Shown here one piece after another: positions 26,666 through 33,395 of a stretch of DNA of 40,747 bases. Where the stretch lies: positions 1-40,747 of the IMG/VR virus record IMGVR_UViG_3300037457_000083. The stretch is one strand, 5' to 3'. Every line of letters begins with the position of its first letter. The stretch's first letter is position 1. This DNA comes from a virus (lineage: Duplodnaviria; Caudoviricetes). The position numbers were made by a program, and so were the translations under genes. Below the pieces are notes generated by a model. It made no database searches. It was not told where the DNA came from and saw only the letters and a list, made by a program, of their open reading frames with translations.

Positions 26666-27363
26666 GTGCGGGTGTGGAAGCTCGGCCGGCACCGTCTCGA
26701 TGACTCCGCGGGCGCGTGGTTCGTGGTGGACCCGGCGGTCGTGACGGTCGGGTCCGCGGACTACGAGGTCGTCGAGGTGCGCGAGGTTGAGCACGCGCTG
26801 GGACGGGATCCGGTCGACGAGGCGCAGGACGGCGCGCAGAGCACCGACCAGACGCTGCTGCTGGCGGCCGACGAGCTGGCGAGCCTGGCGCTCGCCTTCG
26901 CGAAGGGCGGTGTGCCGGCGTACGCGAAGGACGCCGCGATGGCCGCCCGGATGTGCCTCGAAGCGCGCAGGGCGTGGGCCGACGAGTGACCAACATGGCC
27001 GAGGGTGTCGGCCGGATCGCGGACGCGGCCGCAGTGTTGGCCGCGGACGTCCGGCGGCGCCGTGAGGCCGAGGTGGAGGCGGAGCGGGAGCGGCTTGCCG
27101 CGACCCGCCCGCCGTCCACTCTCTCCGGGGTCGCGTTCATCGCAGCGATCCCCGGCTACGCGGCCCAGTGGACCAAGGTCGTGCCGCAGGAGTACTGGCG
27201 AAGGGACGGCGCCGACGCCGTGGTGTCGTGCGTCTGCGGCGCCGAGGCCCGCGCGGTCCCGCACATCCCGTGCGAGTGCTCGTGCGACCGGTTCTTCCTG
27301 TGGACGGGCCAGACGGTGCGGGTCGCGCAGTACCCGGGCTGGCGTGACCTCCCCGACGACTGA
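26666..27363 (+). other. two hypothetical genes (26666-26989; 26986-27363 with CxC...CxCxC cluster)
   Basis: Coupled ORFs. Confidence 0.55.
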
Positions 27364-27928
27364 CGCGCTGTGGTGGATGCTCGCCGGCCCAGGGTGGCTG
27401 GCCGTTCAGTCGACCCGGGGCCGCCACTGGCTCGCCCCCGCCCACTTCGAACGGTGGCGGCGCCTCGCCGACACACAGACATGGGACGGCGACCTGGCCG
27501 TCTACCTGTGCCCGTGGCTTGACCGCGGATCGTTCCTGCACCCCGCAAGGTCGGGGGTGGTGTGGGCGCACCTTGAGTCCGGCGACTCGTGCGCCCGCCT
27601 AAGCCGTTTCAGGGTGAGGCCGACGCTGGTGGTGTCTGAGGGCGGGTCGGTGCGCCGCACGGCCGTGTGGGCGCTTACACGGCCGCTAAGCCATGACTGG
27701 TGCGAACGCGCGAACCGCCGGCTCGCCCACTTCTTCCGCGGCCCGAAGAAGCACTGCGGCACGACGGGCCGCCTGTACATCCCGGGGACGGTCCTGCGGG
27801 CCGGGCGCAAACGTCCAGTGCCGGCGTCGGTCGAGGAGTTCAACCCCGACGCGATCTACACCGCCCGCCAGGTCGTCGGGGCGCTCAAGGACGCGCCCGA
27901 CCCCGACGCTTGGCGGCAGGCGTCGTAA
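27344..27928 (+). CDS. RepB'/AEP primase-like protein with degenerate catalytic motifs
   Basis: Scaffold RPTLVVSEGG...AVWALTRP...ANRRLAHFFRG...RLYIPGT resembles RepB_primase, but hhDhD reads WAHLE and the HxYW motif reads RTAVW. Confidence 0.55.
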   Translation: MTSPTTDALWWMLAGPGWLAVQSTRGRHWLAPAHFERWRRLADTQTWDGDLAVYLCPWLDRGSFLHPARSGVVWAHLESGDSCARLSRFRVRPTLVVSEGGSVRRTAVWALTRPLSHDWCERANRRLAHFFRGPKKHCGTTGRLYIPGTVLRAGRKRPVPASVEEFNPDAIYTARQVVGALKDAPDPDAWRQAS

Positions 27929-28086
27929 TGCCATACATGTGGTGCCGCGCGGCAGGGGTGCGCATCCTCGCCATAACGGCCCCGGAAAGACGACGACCCC
28001 GCCGAAGCGAGGCCGCCACCGCCGAGACGTCCACCACGGACGCTACTTCTACCTGTGTGCGCAGCGTAGAAGAAAGCACAGAGTAG
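27928..28086 (+). CDS. 52-aa hypothetical ORF
   Basis: TAATG overlap with the primase-like stop; atypical codon usage. Confidence 0.3.
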   Translation: MPYMWCRAAGVRILAITAPERRRPRRSEAATAETSTTDATSTCVRSVEESTE

Positions 28087-28445
28087 TTGTCCGCCCGGCC
28101 GTATCACGGAGCCGCCTAGCGGCAGCGCCCGGCGACAACGCCCCGCGAGGGGTGACGGGGGACAGGACCGCCCGCCCAACGGCAAGGGACGGACGCACCG
28201 CCGGGAGCGACAGAGCCAGCCAGCAGCAAGGCGTAGGCGGCTACCGGAAGCGTTCGGAACTCGGGTGCCGGGGACCCACCGTCGATCCTCTCAGGGAGCC
28301 GCCATGGCGTGCAGGACGGGCCGCTGGTAGGGATGCCGGGGTATAGGTCAACCTATGGCCGCACGGCGCGGTGGAGCGTGTCCTGTCTGTCCCCATGCAG
28401 AGGTAGCGTAAGACATTCGACCGCTACCGGAAGGGGAAGTTGACC
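28086..28445 (+). ncRNA. candidate large structured non-coding RNA or ssDNA element
   Basis: Multiple nested helices, including CGCCCC-GCGA-GGGGTG (GNRA loop), GTTGTC/GACAAC, long-range GGGGACAG/CTGTCCCC and CACCGC/GCGGTG, ATAGG-TCAA-CCTAT and GGTAGCG/CGCTACC. Confidence 0.5.
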
Positions 28446-28592
28446 GTGCCGATCCAGCATGCGAAGTGCGCGAGGTGTGGGACATCGCTCGGCGGCCGCC
28501 GCGTCGGCGTCGTGAAGTTCGGCGGCCAGACATTCGACTACTACAAGTGTCCTTGCGGCCGTGGGCGCCGCGTGCCGCTTCCGGTCCGGTGA
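28446..28592 (+). CDS. 48-aa Zn-finger protein (not in ORF track)
   Basis: MPIQHAKCARCG...YYKCPCG; purine-rich RBS; GTGA coupling to the next gene. Confidence 0.6.
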   Translation: MPIQHAKCARCGTSLGGRRVGVVKFGGQTFDYYKCPCGRGRRVPLPVR

Positions 28593-28993
28593 GCCGGGTC
28601 CGTGTTTCCCACCATGCGGTCGTCCGGTTTCAGGAGCGGGTTCGTCCCGCGTTGACGTGGCAACAGTCGAAGGTCGAGCTTGAGCGGCTGGTCGCGTTCG
28701 CGAGGGTGGGGGACCGTCCTGGCTGGATGGCCCCGGAGGGCGACCATCATGAGCCTGCGGCGGCCTACGCGACGATCGGGGACGACATCGCGCTTCCGTT
28801 GGCGCGCAGGGCGGCCGGGTGGTTGGCGATGTCGTGTGTTGCGCGCGGCACCCAGGCCGAGCATGTGCGTGCCCGTAAGCGGCGGGCGGGCAGGGAGGCG
28901 CGCGCCAAGGCCCGGGAGCGCCGTGCGGCCGTGCGGGCACGCCGGGACGCTGAGCGGGCCGCGAACGGCCGTCCTGTTCGTTGGGCGTCGTGA
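28589..28993 (+). CDS. hypothetical protein with HAxxRxxER motif (possible RNase-like fold)
   Basis: VSHHAVVRFQERV; basic C-terminal tail. Confidence 0.55.
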   Translation: MSRVRVSHHAVVRFQERVRPALTWQQSKVELERLVAFARVGDRPGWMAPEGDHHEPAAAYATIGDDIALPLARRAAGWLAMSCVARGTQAEHVRARKRRAGREARAKARERRAAVRARRDAERAANGRPVRWAS

Positions 28994-29013
28994 CGGGCGC
29001 CTAGGGTACGGGC

Positions 29014-29535
29014 ATGGGCCGCTTCGACCCGCGATACACCAGGCAGCAAACGGCTGCGATCGTGGCCGCCCAGGTCGACGGTCACAGGGGCCGCAAGCTG
29101 ACCGCGAGGCAGGCGGTGGCGGCCGCGGCGGCGGGCGAGTTGGGCCTCGATCCGTTCGAGTACACGGTCTCGTCGGCCCGCCATTATGCGGGTGAGGAGC
29201 GCCGCAAACGGTCCGGTGCGGACCTTCGGGAGTTGCGCAGGAAGGGGAAGCCCGGCGACCGGATCGAGCATCTCGCGTTGCAACTGCTCGGCACGTTGGA
29301 GCAGACGGCCGACCGCATCCAGTCCAAGGCGAATGTGCGGGGCGGCCTCGACCCGGACGACATCGCGAAGGCACAGTCGGTTCTGCGGGCGGCGAAGGAA
29401 GCGAAGGGCCTTGTTCGTGTCGCGGAGACGGAGCGCGCGAAGCCGGCGAACGGGAAGCCGTCCAGTCTGTCCCCGGAGTCGCGGGCGGCGCTCGCAGAGT
29501 TGGAGAACGGCGGAACGCCCGCCCAGCCCGGTTAG
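29014..29535 (+). CDS. hypothetical protein, candidate terminase small subunit
   Basis: Leaderless -10 TAGGGT; HTH-like N-terminus and helical body. No other terS candidate seen. The function is positional inference only. Confidence 0.35.
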   Translation: MGRFDPRYTRQQTAAIVAAQVDGHRGRKLTARQAVAAAAAGELGLDPFEYTVSSARHYAGEERRKRSGADLRELRRKGKPGDRIEHLALQLLGTLEQTADRIQSKANVRGGLDPDDIAKAQSVLRAAKEAKGLVRVAETERAKPANGKPSSLSPESRAALAELENGGTPAQPG

Positions 29536-30028
29536 GGGCGGACGGGCGCTCAAGGAGGGCTCAGAACGGGCAGTCGTGGGAAGCGCACGACCCGCCGCCC
29601 AACCCAACCCCACAGAGAGAGAAGACGAACACGGAAGGGGGACCAGGCCCCCGGCGAGAACACGCCCCACCGCCAAGCCCACGAAACCGACGACAGAACG
29701 GCCGGGGGCGTTCTGTGTCGCGTGGTGGCGCTGGGCTCGGGTGCGGCTCGGTGCGCGGTGTGTGCCGCTACCTAGGCGACGGTAGCGGCGTTGCGTGTGC
29801 GGCTAGTCGTGGCGGGAAACTACTACTGCGGGTGGGGCAGCATACAAGCGCGGTTTCGGCTTGCTAGAGCCGGATGCCCCCCTCCCCCCCTCACCCCTTC
29901 GGCGGCGTGGGTTCCCATCTCCGCGATCTGGTACTCCCGTTCTTGCGCGGGTTGTTGGTGGGTGCTGTCCTGTGGGTGTCATACGGTTGCGGGGTGCGTG
30001 TTGGGGATTTGAGCGTGGCGGCGGTTTG

Positions 30029-30409
30029 ATGGCGGCGGGGGTTGCTAGGTCGTTTCGGTTGCCGGTGGGGTTGGATGAGCGGTTGGTGGGGGTTGCTGGT
30101 CGGGAGGGGCGGTCGTTGACGGCGGTGGTGGTGGAGGCGTTGTCGCGGGGGTTGGGGGTGCCGGAGGGGCTTTCTGGGCCGTTGGGTGATCGGCGTGTGG
30201 ATTTGGCGCAGGTGGCGGCGGAGGTGTCGGGGTTGCCGCGGTCGGTGTGTTTGGCGAAGATTCGTGGTGGGGCGTTGACGGTTGATGGTGTGGTGTGGGT
30301 TGATGAGTTGGCGCGGTGGGATCGTCTGGCTGGATGTTCGATTGCGTTTGATGGTTGTGCGTTGGAGGTTGGGGGTGCGGGTTCCGGGGAGGGGCCTTGC
30401 CACCCATGA
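30029..30409 (+). CDS. ribbon-helix-helix (Arc/CopG-like) protein with an extra C-terminal domain
   Basis: ARSFRLPVGLDERLVGVAGREGRSLTAVVVEALSRGL. Confidence 0.65.
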   Translation: MAAGVARSFRLPVGLDERLVGVAGREGRSLTAVVVEALSRGLGVPEGLSGPLGDRRVDLAQVAAEVSGLPRSVCLAKIRGGALTVDGVVWVDELARWDRLAGCSIAFDGCALEVGGAGSGEGPCHP

Positions 30410-30478
30410 CTGATGATGCTGCTGGTGTGTTGGCGGAGACTGCTGCGTTTTTGGAGGCGCAGGTGGGGCGGTTGCCGG

Positions 30479-30862
30479 CTAGCTCGCCTTGGCGGGGGGT
30501 GTTTGGCCGGTGGGTGCAGCTTCTGCGTCTTGGTGGGCGAGGGTCTGTTCGGCGGCTTCCCCTGCGGCGACGTGGGGGGTCAGGGCTTCGAGTAGTTGGC
30601 GGATCGCGGTCAGGTCCGTCTCGATCCGGGTGAGGCGGTCTTCGTCGGCGGCGAGGTCGGGGTGTAGCTGCTCGATGGGGATGTCCCAGTGGTCGGCGAG
30701 CGCCTTGAGGTTCGCTGGGCGGGGCGTTGCTTTTCCCTCCTCCCAGCGCTCGTAGGTGCGGGTGTTGATTCCGAGGGCGTATGCCACGTCGATGGGCTTC
30801 TCGCCGCGTCTGGTGCGTTCTCGTTGGATGTTCGCGGCGATGCGCCGCTTGTAGTCGTCCAC
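30479..30862 (-). CDS. XRE-family HTH immunity repressor
   Basis: IAANIQRERTRRG...DVAYALGINTRTYERWEEGKATPRPANLKALADHW. Divergent from xis-int; -10 TACCGT upstream of the GTG. Confidence 0.85.
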   Translation of the reverse strand: MDDYKRRIAANIQRERTRRGEKPIDVAYALGINTRTYERWEEGKATPRPANLKALADHWDIPIEQLHPDLAADEDRLTRIETDLTAIRQLLEALTPHVAAGEAAEQTLAHQDAEAAPTGQTPPAKAS

Positions 30863-30918
30863 GGGCGGGGAACGGTATGGGCTGGCGCCGGGTGTCGCAT
30901 CGGCGGGGTCGGGTCGGG

Positions 30919-30947
30919 TTGACCGGGCGTGTTTGCGCCGGTAGGGT
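30919..30947 (+). promoter_or_regulatory. leaderless promoter for the xis-like gene
   Basis: TTGACC-17nt-TAGGGT, GTG 6 nt downstream. Confidence 0.7.
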
Positions 30948-30953
30948 GCCAGC

Positions 30954-31178
30954 GTGGCTTCGGCGCAGGTGATCGACCTGGCGGCAGCCCGGGCGGCTCG
31001 GTGGCCGTCGCGGCGGACGGTGCGTAAGGAGCAGGTGGTGGCGCACTTCGGGGTGTCGCTGTCGACGGTGGATCGGTGGATCGCGGCGGGGATGCCGAAG
31101 CATCCGCTTGGTAGGCGGGGTGTGCGGTTCGTGGTCGCGGAGTGCGAGGCTTGGCACGCCGACATGTTCGGCCGCTAG
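30954..31178 (+). CDS. excisionase / AlpA-like HTH protein
   Basis: RKEQVVAHFGVSLSTVDRWIAAGMP...VRF....CEAW, directly upstream of the integrase. Confidence 0.75.
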   Translation: MASAQVIDLAAARAARWPSRRTVRKEQVVAHFGVSLSTVDRWIAAGMPKHPLGRRGVRFVVAECEAWHADMFGR

Positions 31179-31213
31179 CGACTGTATGACAGTTGCGGTA
31201 GGGTAGACGCGGC

Positions 31214-32455
31214 ATGGCGGCCCGCCCGAAGCGTTCTACGTCGATGCGCCGGGTTGCGGAGGGCATCTACCGGCGCGACTCGGGCAGGTATGTGGTGCCG
31301 ATCTACGATCCGGCGACGGGCAACAAGCGGTATTCGCATCCGCGGGTGCCGCGCGGCGGGTTCGCGACGTTGGAGGAGGCCAGGGCGTTCAAGCGGTGGC
31401 TGGCGGATGACCGTGAGGAGGCTGCTGCGGCGTTGACGTGCGGCGAGTTCGCACGGTCGTGGACGCGCACCCATCCGCGGGGCGAGTCGACGAACCAGCA
31501 CAACGGGGAGCGGGTGCGGGCGTTCGTCAGGGACTTCGACGGGATGTCGGTGCGGGACGTGACGCCGCAGATGGCGAGGTTGTGGACGTTCGGCGGCCCG
31601 GCGCCGAAGATGTTGGAGAAGACTGTTGCCGGCTGGAAGGGCGTGAAGCGCGTGGACGGGGAGCTGGTCGTGCCGTCCCATGAGAGCAACTATCGGGCGG
31701 TCAGGGCGATGTTCAGCGACATTGTGCGCGACGGGGTGCTTGACCGTTCGCCGTTCTCGGCGCTCGGGGTGAGCGAGGGGAAGGGCCGCCGCGACGCGGT
31801 GATGTTGACCGCCGCCGAGCTGGAGCTGCTGGTCGACTGTGCGGGCGAGGAGTGGGGTGTCTACGGGGAGACGGTGGTCGGCCCGATGATCGCTGTGGCG
31901 GCGGGGACGGGGATGCGGCCGGGGGAGCTGCGGGCGATGCGGTGGTCGTGGATCGACTGGGAGGCCGACGCGATCGAGGTGCGCGCCGCGTTGAACGACC
32001 GGACGGGGAAGGAGACGCGGCCGAAGTCGGGTCGCGGGCCTGGCCATACCCGCACCGTGGCGATGTTGCCGATGGTCCGTGAGGCGTTGCGCAAGGTGCC
32101 GCGCGACGCCGAGCATGTGTTCACGACCCAGAACGGCAGTCTGTTGCGCCAGCGGACCCACTGGTACTACTGGAACCCTGTCCGGTCGCGGTTTCACGGC
32201 AGGCTGCCGGCTGGTCGCCGCGAGGTGATCCCCGGCGATTTCGACTGGTATGAGCTGCGCCACTACTTCGGGTCCTACCTTGCGTCGCGCGGGGTGTCGC
32301 CGTACGACATTGCGGACCAGATGGGCCATGTCGACGGCGGTGTGTTGGCCCAGAAGACCTACATTCACACCGAGTCTGAGGATGCTCGCGCACGGGTTCT
32401 GGCGGCCGTGTCGAGGCTCGACGACCCGCCGTCGGTAGCGCGCGAGGGTGGCTGA
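31214..32455 (+). CDS. int: tyrosine integrase
   Basis: GMRPGEL (R), RPKS (K), YELRH, MGH and TYIH (Y); N-terminal arm-binding-like GFATLEEA. Confidence 0.92.
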   Translation: MAARPKRSTSMRRVAEGIYRRDSGRYVVPIYDPATGNKRYSHPRVPRGGFATLEEARAFKRWLADDREEAAAALTCGEFARSWTRTHPRGESTNQHNGERVRAFVRDFDGMSVRDVTPQMARLWTFGGPAPKMLEKTVAGWKGVKRVDGELVVPSHESNYRAVRAMFSDIVRDGVLDRSPFSALGVSEGKGRRDAVMLTAAELELLVDCAGEEWGVYGETVVGPMIAVAAGTGMRPGELRAMRWSWIDWEADAIEVRAALNDRTGKETRPKSGRGPGHTRTVAMLPMVREALRKVPRDAEHVFTTQNGSLLRQRTHWYYWNPVRSRFHGRLPAGRREVIPGDFDWYELRHYFGSYLASRGVSPYDIADQMGHVDGGVLAQKTYIHTESEDARARVLAAVSRLDDPPSVAREGG

Positions 32456-32717
32456 CGGTTGCAAACGCGGTAGCGTCAACCACCGTCGCCCCTAGAAAAC
32501 CCCTGCAAACAGCGCCTTTTGGGTGTCCTGACACGCCGATGTGTGCTGCCCGGGGCGCTGCGGAAGTTAGCGTGTCAGGGCACCCCAAACGGCTCTGGGA
32601 AGCCAAATCGACGTGTCAGGACGTTTCGTGACGCCCCACTCGGTTTGCAGGGGCTTTCCGGCCGGTAGCGGGACGGGGTAGCGGGACGGTAGCGTTGAGC
32701 CGTCCGCGACGGTTGCG
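32434..32717. other. probable attP region
   Basis: Arm-like GGT(A/T)GC(G/A) repeats at 32434, 32457, 32469 and 32664, 32677, 32688, 32711. Nested inverted repeats 32495-32510/32643-32658 and 32517-32536/32570-32589. Confidence 0.65.
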
Positions 32718-32732
32718 AACCTGACCGGCGTC

Positions 32733-33059
32733 ATGGCTGAGGTCTACGCGACGCTCATACCTGCCGGCGAGAAGGTCGAGTTGCACCCGCGTGTCGACGA
32801 CCGTTGGCGCGGCGGCGGGACGGGGCCGGTCGCGACCCAGACGGCGGACGATCATGGCACCGCGACGTTCGAGGTCGCCCCGGGCGACTACTGGCTGGTG
32901 TACGCCGGCCGGGCGGTGAAGGTCGTCGCGAAGGGCGAGACGCCGGCGGTGCGCCGCGAGCGGCCTGCGAAGAAGGCGGCGCCTGTGAAGCGTTCGGCGC
33001 CGTCCACGAAGAAGTCGTCCTCGGCGGGTCGTAGGCCCGCTGCCAAGCGGAAGAAGTAG
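32733..33059 (+). CDS. hypothetical protein, small beta domain plus Lys/Ala-rich basic tail
   Basis: TADDHGTATFEVAPGDYWL; PAKKAAPVKRSAPSTKK...KRKK. Confidence 0.6.
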   Translation: MAEVYATLIPAGEKVELHPRVDDRWRGGGTGPVATQTADDHGTATFEVAPGDYWLVYAGRAVKVVAKGETPAVRRERPAKKAAPVKRSAPSTKKSSSAGRRPAAKRKK

Positions 33060-33070
33060 GAGGTGGCCCA

Positions 33071-33391
33071 GTGGCCGCAGTAGCGACGGTGGAGAAGACC
33101 ATCGAGATCGGTTCGACCGAGAGGCTGGTGATCGGCACGCTCGCGCTCGACGACTCGTACCCGACGGGCGGTGAGGCGGTCGCGATCGCGGGGATCGAGA
33201 CGATCGACAAGCTGTTCGCGTCGGGCTACGGCTATGTGTACGAGTGGGACAGGGCCGCCCAGAAGCTGGAGGTGCGCCAGCAGACCGATCCGGCCGACGG
33301 CGGCGGCGCGGACGTTCCGCTCGTCGAGGTCGGGTCCACGGACGACCTTTCGGCTGTCGTCGCGGCGCCGTTCATCGCCATCGGGTCCTAG
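33071..33391 (+). CDS. putative head-associated structural protein (YPTGG motif)
   Basis: AGGAGG RBS; DDSYPTGGE...GYVYEWD...KL...EV...DLS...AIG. Confidence 0.55.
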   Translation: MAAVATVEKTIEIGSTERLVIGTLALDDSYPTGGEAVAIAGIETIDKLFASGYGYVYEWDRAAQKLEVRQQTDPADGGGADVPLVEVGSTDDLSAVVAAPFIAIGS

Positions 33392-33395
33392 TTCG

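Noticed and set aside
28043-28053. CTACTTCTACC identical to part of the DnaA-trio tract at 8022-8032 (also CTACTACT near 29820)
   Set aside because: No convincing DnaA box at the right spacing upstream; the 28043 copy pairs locally with GTAGAAG, so not called a second origin.
28086-28445. Group I or group II intron identity for the structured element
   Set aside because: No group II domain V or GUGCG start, no clear group I P7 core, and no interrupted gene evident.
30406-30633. Plus-strand ORF overlapping the repressor 3' end
   Set aside because: The coupled start is plausible but most of it is antisense to the repressor with no recognisable motif.
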